A stretch of DNA of 64,000 nucleotides, from contig DAOPVC010000002.1 of the NCBI GenBank assembly GCA_035350895.1, positions 10,639 to 74,638 on the forward strand. The letters are read 5' to 3'. The position numbers and the translations under genes are program-made. The DNA comes from Smithella sp. Lineage in GTDB: Bacteria; Desulfobacterota; Syntrophia; Syntrophales; Smithellaceae. A model generated the notes under the pieces. That model was not told where the DNA came from and did no database searches. It was given only the letters and a program-made list of their open reading frames with translations. Below are positions 42,434 to 50,869 of the stretch, one piece after another (position 1 is the stretch's first letter; each line of letters starts with the position of its first letter).

Positions 42434-43291
42434 ATGAGTGACAAATTACATATTTTAATTCTGGAAGATATGGCCGCCGATGCTGAATTAATGGAAGATG
42501 AATTAAAGCAAGACGGATTTAAATTTGATGCCAAACGCGTTGCCGGCAGGTCTGCGTTTATCAAAGAACTGGAAGAATTTTCACCGGACTTGATTCTTGC
42601 CGATTATTCTCTTCCCGGCTTTGGTGGTCAAGCGGCTCTGAAAATCGTTATGGATAAATCCGTTGATATACCCTTTATCTTTGTTTCCGGAGCGTTGGGC
42701 GAGGAATTGGCTATAGAATTGCTGAAAAAAGGGGCAACAGATTATGTATTAAAAAATAAACTCTCCCGGCTTGTTCCTTCGGTTAAGCGCGCGCTTAACG
42801 AATTGGCCGAGCGTAATGAGCGTAAAAAAGCGGAAAATGAATTGCGGCTGAAATCAAAGAGTCTGGAAGAGGCTAATACCGCCTTGAAGGTTTTATTACA
42901 GCACAGGGACGAAGACAGGACGGCGTTGGAAGAAAAGGTTATTACTAATGTTAAAAAACTTGCGCTACCCTATATAGAAAAACTAAAGACGCTTCAATTA
43001 AACGAGAGCCAGATGTCTTGTGTAAAGATTATGGAAGATCATCTTAAAGACATCATCTCGCCTTTTCTGCGCAATCTAACGATAGAACATCTGGATTTCA
43101 CGCCGCGAGAGATTCAAATTACATCATTGGTAAAAGAAGGCAAAACGACGAAAGAGATTACCGAATTATTAAATATATCGGCAACGGCTGTGGATTTTCA
43201 CAGAAAAAATATCCGGCTGAAACTCGGCATCAAAAATAAAAAGACCAATCTTCGCTCGTTTCTTCTTTCCATGCCGTCAAAAATTGATTAA
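42434..43291 (+). CDS. response regulator with receiver, coiled-coil linker and LuxR/GerE-type HTH
   Basis: ILILEDM..., LILADYSLPG, C-terminal LTPREIQITSLVKEGKTTKEITELLNISATAVDFHRKNIRLKLG. The track start at 42404 is possible. Confidence 0.88.
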   Translation: MSDKLHILILEDMAADAELMEDELKQDGFKFDAKRVAGRSAFIKELEEFSPDLILADYSLPGFGGQAALKIVMDKSVDIPFIFVSGALGEELAIELLKKGATDYVLKNKLSRLVPSVKRALNELAERNERKKAENELRLKSKSLEEANTALKVLLQHRDEDRTALEEKVITNVKKLALPYIEKLKTLQLNESQMSCVKIMEDHLKDIISPFLRNLTIEHLDFTPREIQITSLVKEGKTTKEITELLNISATAVDFHRKNIRLKLGIKNKKTNLRSFLLSMPSKID

Positions 43292-43503
43292 TCACGGTTA
43301 TGAACCCAGGGCAATCCCGATTGCTATCGGGACTGGACCCTGATTCCGCCCCTTGGGGCGGAATATCATATCCATGCTTATACAGGATAATTCGATCTGC
43401 AATATAGTCCCACATGGCTTCGCATGTGGGATAATTCGACTAACCAATCTGACTGCGCTTCGTTTGTCATATTGGAGTCTCATTAAAATTTGAGTCTCAC
43501 AAT
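43290..43503 (+). repeat. B-family modular repeat copy (head AATCACGGTTATGAAC overlapping the TAA stop, several hairpins, two GATAATTCGA units, tail GGAGTCTCATTAAAATTTGAGTCTCACAAT)
   Basis: Perfect 8-bp hairpin CCCACATG/CATGTGGG at 43409-43430. Units end at 43400 and 43444. Confidence 0.75.
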
Positions 43504-43557
43504 CATGTCGTAAAAAGCACTATATAGTGATCCCTTCTACGAACGGATGTGATTCCT

Positions 43558-43625
43558 CCATTGGTAGTATTCACCTGCCAATCTGCATTGAGTTAACCAC
43601 CATTGTTTCTGAAATTGAAATCTAT
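43558..43625 (+). promoter_or_regulatory. A-family cassette, degenerate copy
   Basis: 32 of 53 ungapped matches to the strong copies (CCATTGGTAG...CCT.C...TTAA.CA..ATTGTTT). Upstream of the gene at 43693. Confidence 0.4.
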
Positions 43626-43692
43626 AAAATAAACATTAGAAAATACATTGCCATCACACAGACACACTAATTACAAGGGGGGGGAGTAAGTT

Positions 43693-44061
43693 ATGAAAAA
43701 AATAATCTTTCGGTCAACATTTTTGCAGGCTGTTCTTCTGGTCTTTTTGCTTTTGTGTTTCAGTCCACAGATTACTTACGCGACTGCGCCGAAATCTGTA
43801 AATCTGATCTACGATATGAAAGCGAAATCACTTTCTGTATCAATAGATCATTACACATTATCCGCCGGTATGCATCATATTGAATTCGTTGAAATCAAGA
43901 AAAACGGGACATTCATTAGCAAAAGTATGTACAAAACTCAGCCCACGGGTTCGATTTTCACCTATACTTATGTAATACCTGCTAAAAAGGGAGATGTGTT
44001 TGAAGTTACAGCGACCTGCAATCTCTGGGGCCATACAACGTCAACATTCACTGTTCCATAA
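43693..44061 (+). CDS. exported SOR-fold (desulfoferrodoxin Fe-domain-like) protein with an incomplete ligand set
   Basis: Sec-type signal peptide. DHYTLSAGMHHIEFVEI and CNLWGH resemble the HPxxxxHHIxxIE and CNxHGxW blocks of superoxide reductase. The first His motif is absent. Confidence 0.5.
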   Translation: MKKIIFRSTFLQAVLLVFLLLCFSPQITYATAPKSVNLIYDMKAKSLSVSIDHYTLSAGMHHIEFVEIKKNGTFISKSMYKTQPTGSIFTYTYVIPAKKGDVFEVTATCNLWGHTTSTFTVP

Positions 44062-44169
44062 TCAGACTTTCACTCTTTAGATCAGACGTTAGGCATTGTC
44101 GTCAATTTTCCTATGTATGACGCGTGATTTTTTTATCGACAAACATCAAAGCAATGAGGATAAACGTGA

Positions 44170-45252
44170 ATGAATACGTGTAACGGCCCCAATCCGCCAC
44201 CGGTGCTTATCCGGCGCACGAAAGCGGCTCTTCATCTTATTCTCAATCGCCCGGAAACGATTAACAGCCTGACAATGGAAATGTTGCGGATTATTGCCGA
44301 CGAAATTGCCAGGGCAGCATCTGAGAAGGCTGTAAAACTTGTCATTTTCAGCGGAAACGGTGCAAAAGGTTTTTGCGCGGGCGGGGACATAAAAATTATG
44401 GCAAAGGCTGTTACAAACAATAATATCGAGCCGGTCATGAGTTTTTTAAAGGTTGAAAACAAGCTTGATCTGGCCATTCATAATTTCCATAAACCGGTTG
44501 TGGTGTTTGCGCACGGTGTAACCATGGGCGGAGGTCTCGGGCTGTCTGCCGGCGCGGATATCGTGGCGGCAAACGAAACCACTCGCATGGCCATGCCGGA
44601 AACCAGAATTGGTTTTTTCCCGGATGTCGGAGCCACCGGTTGGCTATTCAAAAAGTGCAGGAAGGGTTATCCTGAATTTCTGGGACTTACCGGATATGAG
44701 CTTTTGGGCCCGGAATGTGTGCGCATCGGCCTGGCTCATTGTTTCATTCCTTCCACGCGCTTTGATGAGGCTCTTGATGTCGTAATCGAACATTCATCCG
44801 ATTTGCCTTCCGACCGCAAGGCCGCAGCAGCAGCATTAAAAGGCATCCTCGCTCCTGTCATTCAGCCCGACATCCCGGACAGAAAGGATATGGATCGCTG
44901 GGTCGAAACATATTTTGGCGGTAAGACCTCGGTGCTCGATCTGCTGAAGGACTTGAAAGCTTGCAGTGACCAAAACGATTTGTGCGAAGGAGTATTCGTC
45001 AGGCTTTCGGAACGATCTCCCCTGGCAGTAGTAACCACTTTGAAATGCCTGCGTCGCGATGAACACCAAAGTCTGGAAGAAGTCTACGAATCGGACCTGT
45101 TGGTTGCCCGTTTTCTCATGACGCAACACGATTTTCGCGAAGGCGTTCGCGCCCGGCTTATCGACAAGGATGACCAACCGCACTGGGATCCCGAAAGTTT
45201 TGAGGAAGCCAATCAGATACTCGAACTTCAAACTACCATGAGTCAATCATAA
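44170..45252 (+). CDS. enoyl-CoA hydratase/isomerase superfamily protein (3-hydroxyisobutyryl-CoA hydrolase-like)
   Basis: Crotonase oxyanion motifs FCAGGDIK and GVTMGGGLGLS. 360 aa with a C-terminal helical extension. Confidence 0.85.
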   Translation: MNTCNGPNPPPVLIRRTKAALHLILNRPETINSLTMEMLRIIADEIARAASEKAVKLVIFSGNGAKGFCAGGDIKIMAKAVTNNNIEPVMSFLKVENKLDLAIHNFHKPVVVFAHGVTMGGGLGLSAGADIVAANETTRMAMPETRIGFFPDVGATGWLFKKCRKGYPEFLGLTGYELLGPECVRIGLAHCFIPSTRFDEALDVVIEHSSDLPSDRKAAAAALKGILAPVIQPDIPDRKDMDRWVETYFGGKTSVLDLLKDLKACSDQNDLCEGVFVRLSERSPLAVVTTLKCLRRDEHQSLEEVYESDLLVARFLMTQHDFREGVRARLIDKDDQPHWDPESFEEANQILELQTTMSQS

Positions 45253-45314
45253 TAATTTACCATAAGCCACCATGTGAAATTACTTATTAATTCCATTTGT
45301 AAGTTTTTTATCCT

Positions 45315-45478
45315 ATGTCGCTGCGCTCCTAGTGTCGTGTTTCAATGAAACCGTGTCATATCGACCAACGGGAGATATCTTGTATATTCTTATTACACAA
45401 GGTATAATTCGTCCAGCAAGCTTCGGCACACTTCGTTTCTGAAGTTTGGGACTCATTATCAGCTTGGCTCACTATCTT
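45315..45478 (+). repeat. B-family modular repeat copy (degenerate)
   Basis: CTCCTAGTGTCG, GTATAATTCGTCCAGC, GCTTCGGCACACTTCG, tail GGGACTCATTATCAGCTTGGCTCACTATC. Confidence 0.55.
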
Positions 45479-45483
45479 TTAAA

Positions 45484-45565
45484 GCAATGGTAGGCATTGC
45501 CTACTATTCCCCTTACAATTAATCAGTATTGTTTTCCCGCACCCCTTGCATTAATTTGCAGTTAA
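45484..45565 (+). promoter_or_regulatory. A-family cassette, strong copy A2
   Basis: 45489-45536 differs from 31409-31456 at 1 of 48 positions. TTGTTT-N17-TAATTT. Upstream of the ytxH-like gene. Confidence 0.7.
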
Positions 45566-45612
45566 TAAAAAAATGAGCATGAACTTTAAACAATTCATTT
45601 TGGAGGTACTTT

Positions 45613-45861
45613 ATGTCAGACAATAACAGAGATTTATTGGCGGGGTTACTGATTGGCGGGTTGATTGGTGCGGTTTTAGGGATTTTGTATGCACCCAAAA
45701 GCGGTAAAGAAACGCGTGACGAAATTGTCGGCAAAGCAAAGAGCCTTGTTGGCAAAGCAAAAGAGGAATATGATAAAGCCATAGAAAAAAGCAAATCGGC
45801 TTATGACGCAGCAGTGAAACAATTGAAAGGCTCGGAAATATCAGAAAAAGAAAAAACGTGA
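45613..45861 (+). CDS. YtxH domain protein (general-stress-type)
   Basis: GLLIGGLIGAVLGILYAPKSGKETRDE, the typical YtxH N-terminus. Confidence 0.85.
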   Translation: MSDNNRDLLAGLLIGGLIGAVLGILYAPKSGKETRDEIVGKAKSLVGKAKEEYDKAIEKSKSAYDAAVKQLKGSEISEKEKT

Positions 45862-45876
45862 ACGGAGGACATAACA

Positions 45877-46263
45877 ATGGAGGATCACTTCAAACACGGA
45901 CAGTTCAATTGGTGTGAGCTGATGACAACCGATGTCGATTCGGCAAAAAATTTCTACACGAAGTTGTTCGGCTGGAAAACGGAAGAGATGTCAATGCCCG
46001 GCATGACCTACACCGTGGTCAAGGTCGGAGGTGAAGGAATTGGCGGAATCATGGGGATGCCGGATAAGGCCAAAGGGATGTCACCGGTGTGGACGACCTA
46101 CGTCACGGTTGATGACGTCGATAAAATAGCCAAAAACGTGGAGAAACTTGGCGGAAAACTTCATATGCCGCCGACCGACATACCTACTGTCGGACGATTT
46201 TGTGTCATTCAGGATCCGCAAGGCGCCTTTGTTAACGCCATTACGTATCTGAAAAGAAAATAA
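45877..46263 (+). CDS. VOC (glyoxalase/bleomycin-resistance) family protein
   Basis: FNWCELMTTD..AKNFYTKLFGW and GRFCVIQDPQGA patterns. Confidence 0.85.
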   Translation: MEDHFKHGQFNWCELMTTDVDSAKNFYTKLFGWKTEEMSMPGMTYTVVKVGGEGIGGIMGMPDKAKGMSPVWTTYVTVDDVDKIAKNVEKLGGKLHMPPTDIPTVGRFCVIQDPQGAFVNAITYLKRK

Positions 46264-46287
46264 TGACCTCAAAAGAAAAAGTGTAAA

Positions 46288-47826
46288 ATGAACGGAGCTG
46301 AATGCATCATAAAAGCCGCAAAGGACGCCGGGATAGAAGTATGTTTTGCCAATCCCGGTACGACCGAACTTCCGCTTGCGGTTGCCCTCGATACAGTGGG
46401 GGGCATACGACCGGTTCTGGGTTTGTTTGAAGGTGTATGTACCGGAGCCGCGGATGGTTATGCCAGGATGCTCCAGAAGTCGGCCATGGTGCTGCTCCAT
46501 CTCGGACCCGGCCTGGCCAACGGCTTGGCGAATCTGCATAATGCCAAAAGGGCGCACAGCGGGATTGTAAACGTGGTGGGCGAGCATTCCACCTGGCATC
46601 GCGCATCCGACCCGCCTCTGGCCATGGATATCGAGCCTTTGGCGCAGACCGTTTCCGGATGGCAGCGCACCTGTGGCTCTTCCGAGCGTCTCGGGCAGGA
46701 TATGGCAGATGCAATCGGGGCCGCGCAATCCGGGCAGATCGCCACCCTCATCGTCCCGTTTGATCTCCAGACGAAAAAGTGCGCCAGCAGCGGCGCTGTC
46801 ATTCATTACAAAAAAGAGAAACTGTCCATCAGCAAAGCTGCGGTCAAAGCGGCAGTCTTGTTGGGTGCTGGCAAAAAAGCCGCTCTTGTTCTTGGCAACA
46901 GATATATCGGGAGAAAAGAGTTGATGGCCGCGGCAAGGATAAAACAGGCCTGCGGATGCAATCTCATCACTGAGAATTTCCCGGCGCGTATCGAGCGGGG
47001 CGCCGGACTGCCCGATGTGAAGCGCGTACCCTACCTTCCCGAGATGGCCATCGACATGTTATCGAAGTACGAAGTGTTTGTCTTTGCCGGAGCAAAAGAG
47101 CCCGTATCCTTCTTCGGCTATGAAGGCATTCCGGCAAACTTTTTAAAAGAAGAGCAGAGGAAGTTTCACCTCTCCACGCCTGATCAGGACTTGCTGGAAG
47201 TCCTGGAAATCCTCGCGGATGAACTCGACGCGCCCAGAATTATTAATCCGGACATGCTTACCTCGTTAAAAAAAACTGAAATCTCTGCGGGCGCTCTCAA
47301 CCCGGAAAAGATTTGCCAGGTCATCGCGGCTCTTCAACCGGAGGGAGCAATTGTAGTTGAGGAGGCAATCACAAGCGGTTTTATGTACTATCCCATCACT
47401 TCCGGCGTTGCGCCTTTCAGCCTGCTTACACTCACGGGAGGAGCGATTGGCCAGGGCGCGCCATGCGCAGTGGGCGCCGCCATCGCCTGCCCCGACAGGC
47501 CTGTGATTAACTTCCAGGCGGACGGCGCGAGCATGTACACATTGCAGGCACTGTGGACCCAGGCAAGAGAAGGGCTTAATATCACCACGCTTATCTGCTC
47601 CAACCAAAGCTATGACATCCTGAAACTCGAGTATGGCCGGCTGGGAGTGACGCCGGGCAAGTGCGCGTCACATCTCACCGACCTTGCCGGCATTGACTGG
47701 GTAAACTTAGGCAAAGGAATGGGCGTACCGTCCGTTAACGTCACCACTGCGGAGGAGCTGGCCAGCGAACTCGGCAAGGCGCTCCACGAGCCAGGTCCCC
47801 ACCTGATTCAAATGGTGATAGGGTAA
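46288..47826 (+). CDS. thiamine-diphosphate-dependent enzyme (acetolactate synthase large-subunit-like)
   Basis: N-terminal GIEVCFANPGTTELP and HLGPGLANGLANL. C-terminal ThDP motif QADGASMYT...NQSY. Confidence 0.85.
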   Translation: MNGAECIIKAAKDAGIEVCFANPGTTELPLAVALDTVGGIRPVLGLFEGVCTGAADGYARMLQKSAMVLLHLGPGLANGLANLHNAKRAHSGIVNVVGEHSTWHRASDPPLAMDIEPLAQTVSGWQRTCGSSERLGQDMADAIGAAQSGQIATLIVPFDLQTKKCASSGAVIHYKKEKLSISKAAVKAAVLLGAGKKAALVLGNRYIGRKELMAAARIKQACGCNLITENFPARIERGAGLPDVKRVPYLPEMAIDMLSKYEVFVFAGAKEPVSFFGYEGIPANFLKEEQRKFHLSTPDQDLLEVLEILADELDAPRIINPDMLTSLKKTEISAGALNPEKICQVIAALQPEGAIVVEEAITSGFMYYPITSGVAPFSLLTLTGGAIGQGAPCAVGAAIACPDRPVINFQADGASMYTLQALWTQAREGLNITTLICSNQSYDILKLEYGRLGVTPGKCASHLTDLAGIDWVNLGKGMGVPSVNVTTAEELASELGKALHEPGPHLIQMVIG

Positions 47827-48198
47827 ATCCATTCGTTCTTCACCATCCACTATTAACCCTTAACATTTATTGTCCCCTTTTTTTTCTTACATTGTTTTCA
47901 ATAGAGACAAAGTAGACAAAAGGGTCAAGTCTCTTCTTGGCTCAGGTGAATATCTTATTTTGAATTCCGACTTCAACCAGCTTTCTACTTATTTTCTTTG
48001 CCTTTATTTTGAACACTCTTTCTCTCTGAAACGCTTACCATTTGAATCTGCGCCGCTTAAAAATATCGCAGTAAAACCAAATAATACCGTTTCTAAATCA
48101 AAGATGATATTGAGGCGGCAGGCGGAGGCGACGAGGCTGTTCATACGTTGAGGATGCCGACAACGACGCCAACAAAAATAGCGCTTTGATTTAGAATT

Positions 48199-48295
48199 GG
48201 TATAAGATATATGTCGTTTCCCTACTACTATACTCCTTTAAAACTATTATTGTATTTAATAAAAAATCATCTTAATTTGTATTCAGGTCATATAA
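48199..48295 (+). promoter_or_regulatory. A-family cassette, degenerate copy
   Basis: CCTACTACTATACTCCTTTAAAACTATTATTGTATTT, then TTAATTTGTA 22 nt after TTGT exactly as in copy A1. Upstream of the gene at 48335. Confidence 0.45.
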
Positions 48296-48334
48296 AAAAT
48301 CACGATCCTTAATTACAAATAAAGGAGTAGAATT

Positions 48335-49057
48335 ATGTGCAAGGTGATTAAGGTTGTGCCCGAGAACCACGACATCAATTCGTTGTATCTCGAAGTGACC
48401 GATGAGAAGTTCAATTGCAGAAAGGCGGGCCAATTCGCATCCCTCATGATTATGAGACCGGACGGATGGAGCGAACCGCATTCATTTTCCATCTCCGGCG
48501 CTCCCGAAGAATCCAATTTACGTCTGACAATTAAGAAAGTGGGCAAGTTCACCTCCGCTATCCCTGATTTGAAACAGGGAACTTCGCTGATATGTAAAGG
48601 TCCTTTCGGCGCCTTTTGTAAGGATATTGACATCGAGCCTTCCATTGTATTGCTGGCCGGCGGCGTAGGCGTTGCGCCTTTTTTAAGCGTGCTCCGGCAT
48701 TTTAGAAATATTAAGGCAGGCAATAAAGTTGTTCTTTTCTGGATAAACAGGGTCATAGAGGATGTCTTCTCCTCAGACGAGATTGACGCAATGACCAATG
48801 AATTATCCCTTAAAGTTGTTTACTGCCTGAGCCGTGAAGATGATGTGCAAAGATACTTCCGGAGCAATTACCCGGAAGTATCTTACGAAAAGAGCCGCTT
48901 AAGCGGTGATATTCTGGTAAAGTTCGGAATAACCAAGAACGCCTCCTTTTATCTCTGCGGCCCGGTTCCCATGATGGAGTCTGTGCTTGTGGAGTTTGGC
49001 AAACTTGATGTGGATCGATCGGCCGTGCAACAGGAAAGGTTCACCTGGGATAAGTAA
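48335..49057 (+). CDS. ferredoxin-NADP reductase-like FAD/NAD(P)-binding oxidoreductase
   Basis: FAD motif EPHSFSIS, GKFTS, NAD motif LLAGGVGVAPF, C-terminal YLCGP. Confidence 0.8.
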   Translation: MCKVIKVVPENHDINSLYLEVTDEKFNCRKAGQFASLMIMRPDGWSEPHSFSISGAPEESNLRLTIKKVGKFTSAIPDLKQGTSLICKGPFGAFCKDIDIEPSIVLLAGGVGVAPFLSVLRHFRNIKAGNKVVLFWINRVIEDVFSSDEIDAMTNELSLKVVYCLSREDDVQRYFRSNYPEVSYEKSRLSGDILVKFGITKNASFYLCGPVPMMESVLVEFGKLDVDRSAVQQERFTWDK

Positions 49058-49213
49058 ATAAAATCAAATTTCTCCTGAGTTGATTCTATGCGGCGATTCC
49101 CTCTATAGAGGTGTCCAGGTCTTGGGAATTCCGGGGACCCATAATAATTTTCAAAAATCTCCTCTCACCCCTCTTTACAAAAGAAGGGAATAGGCGTCAT
49201 CAACTGATAGCAT

Positions 49214-49282
49214 CTACCTACCATTATACTTACTATTTTCCAATATTGCTTTTGATGATGGATTCATCCATTTTGTCTCACA
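49214..49282 (+). promoter_or_regulatory. A-family cassette, degenerate copy
   Basis: CCTACCATT-ATA-CTTACTATT-TTC-CAATATTGCTTTT aligns with copy A4 in blocks. Confidence 0.5.
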
Positions 49283-49321
49283 AAAATATCAAATCACAAG
49301 GCGTTATCAAAGGAGGTCGTT

Positions 49322-49498
49322 ATGGAATATGAAGATGGTGATATAATAAAACCGCTGGACAGGCTTTTTGAAGATCATCGCAAGGAATTTGAAAGTGGAA
49401 GTGATAGGGAATCCGACAAGGAGTTGAAAAAAAAGATTCTGGAACTGGGCGGTTTTGAAATGGGGTGTCGAACCGGAAGCCGAAGAAACCCGGAATAA
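49322..49498 (+). CDS. candidate small acidic protein (58 aa)
   Basis: AAGGAGG RBS at 49311-49317, 4 nt before the ATG. Below the ORF-track cutoff. No motif. Confidence 0.4.
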   Translation: MEYEDGDIIKPLDRLFEDHRKEFESGSDRESDKELKKKILELGGFEMGCRTGSRRNPE

Positions 49499-49553
49499 GA
49501 AACCGATCGAAGAAAATCTCAGGAAAGAAAATATTTTAGCGGAGGCAGCTGGC

Positions 49554-50060
49554 GTGAATGATGAAAAAGGCATTGTAATTGAGAAGGTCTTTGACGCATC
49601 GCGCGATGCCGTATGGAGGGCATGGACAGAGCCGAAGTTCATTTCGAAGTGGTGGGGTCCCGAAGGATTCAGCGCACCAAGCATTAAAGTGGATTTAAAA
49701 GTGGGCGGTAAATATATATTTGCCATGCATGGGCCGAAAGGCTCTCAGTGGGATAAAGACATGTACAGTGCAGGAATCTATAAAGAAATCGTGCCAAATA
49801 AGAAACTGGTCGTAACAGATTACTTTTCCAATGAGAAGGGAGAAATGATGGAACCTGCCGATTTTGGGCAGGATCCTAACTTCCCGAAAGAATCGACAGT
49901 CATAGTGCTTTTTGAAGAAACGGAGCGAGGCAAAACAAAACTTTCGATCATCTATCCAAAACCGGAAACAAATGAGCAGATGGACGCTATGCTTAAGAGC
50001 GGCATGAAAGAAGGCTGGAATTCCAGCCTCGAAAAGTTGAAAAGGGCTTTGAAGGCGTAA
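49554..50060 (+). CDS. SRPBCC/AHSA1 (activator of Hsp90 ATPase homologue 1-like) domain protein
   Basis: IVIEKVFDASRDAVWRAWTEPKFISKWWGPEGF. GTG at 49554 has a GGAGG RBS 8 nt upstream. The track ORF opens at TTG 49455. Confidence 0.75.
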   Translation: MNDEKGIVIEKVFDASRDAVWRAWTEPKFISKWWGPEGFSAPSIKVDLKVGGKYIFAMHGPKGSQWDKDMYSAGIYKEIVPNKKLVVTDYFSNEKGEMMEPADFGQDPNFPKESTVIVLFEETERGKTKLSIIYPKPETNEQMDAMLKSGMKEGWNSSLEKLKRALKA

Positions 50061-50091
50061 TCACGGGTATGAACCGAGGAGGATTTCAACT

Positions 50092-50574
50092 ATGTTTAAA
50101 TTTAAAAATTTTCCCGATGTTCTTGAGGTGGCAGTGCGCATTGAACGGCATGGCGCTGATTTTTACAACAAATTATCTTCCAGACTGGAAACACCACCGG
50201 CAAAGGACGTATTTTCCTTCCTGGCAGCTCAAGAAGAAAAACATGCAGGTGTTCTCAGGCAGATACTGGAGAAAGTTGCAGATTATGCCCCTCGTTTTAA
50301 TTATCCCGGAGAATACGGATTATTTATTGAAGGGGTTGCCTCCAGCCTCTTAGATAAAATAGAAAAAGCAATGGTTTCATTACCCACGGGAAATGAGAAT
50401 GAAATATTGGATATCGGCATTGAATTTGAAAAAGAAACAATTCTCTTTTATCAGGAGATAAAATCTGAAAGTAAGTTAAGCCAGAAAGAGGATAAGGTGC
50501 TGCAAAAAGTTATTGACGGGGAAAGATCGCATTGGCAGAAACTTATTTCTCTGAAAAACAAGTTAAAGTTTTAA
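50092..50574 (+). CDS. ferritin-like di-iron protein (rubrerythrin-type four-helix bundle without a rubredoxin domain)
   Basis: VAVRIERHGADFY, AAQEEKHAG, IGIEFEKETILFY and DGERSHW ExxH-type pairs. Confidence 0.75.
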   Translation: MFKFKNFPDVLEVAVRIERHGADFYNKLSSRLETPPAKDVFSFLAAQEEKHAGVLRQILEKVADYAPRFNYPGEYGLFIEGVASSLLDKIEKAMVSLPTGNENEILDIGIEFEKETILFYQEIKSESKLSQKEDKVLQKVIDGERSHWQKLISLKNKLKF

Positions 50575-50735
50575 CCTTAAATAGACAAAGACGATTGCCT
50601 TGCCTGAAAAAAAGTGCGACAGCGGAGTGGTGTGTGCTAAAGTTCTCACGCGAACCGAACCGCCATGAAATATTCAGATTTTTTTCGCTGTTAACTGTGT
50701 ATTTGAAAGATGGTGCAAAATTTTTATCTTTTCGA

Positions 50736-50815
50736 GCAATGGTAGTCATTACCTACCATTTCCCTTACTATTAATCAGTATTGTTTTCCTTTATCCCTTG
50801 CATTAATTTTTGGTC
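50736..50815 (+). promoter_or_regulatory. A-family cassette, strong copy A3
   Basis: GGTAGTCATTACCTACC (50741-50757), ATTAATCAGTATTGTTTTC, 17-nt spacer, TAATTT. Confidence 0.7.
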
Positions 50816-50869
50816 AAAAGACGCGATCATTAATTTGTTTAAAACCATTATGATTGAAGGAGTTTGCCT

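Noticed and set aside
45545-45562. TTGCATTAATTTGCAG in the A cassette as a sigma54 -24/-12 element
   Set aside because: It lacks the near-invariant GG of the -24 box, the spacing is one nt short, and the first TGCA is absent from copies A1 and A4.
46081-46806. 241-aa ORF on the - strand
   Set aside because: It is antisense to the VOC and ThDP-enzyme genes, with Gly/Arg/Pro-rich shadow composition.
47870-48151. 93-aa ORF in the 47.8-48.3 kb gap
   Set aside because: It has no RBS, a TTG start and a low-complexity AT-rich translation, and it overlaps the inverted-repeat structure. It is probably non-coding.
49427-49434. A8 homopolymer as a frameshift site fusing the 58-codon ORF to the SRPBCC gene
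   Set aside because: A +1 shift would be needed, and the bridging peptide looks unnatural. The SRPBCC domain has its own GGAGG RBS and GTG start at 49554, giving a typical domain length.
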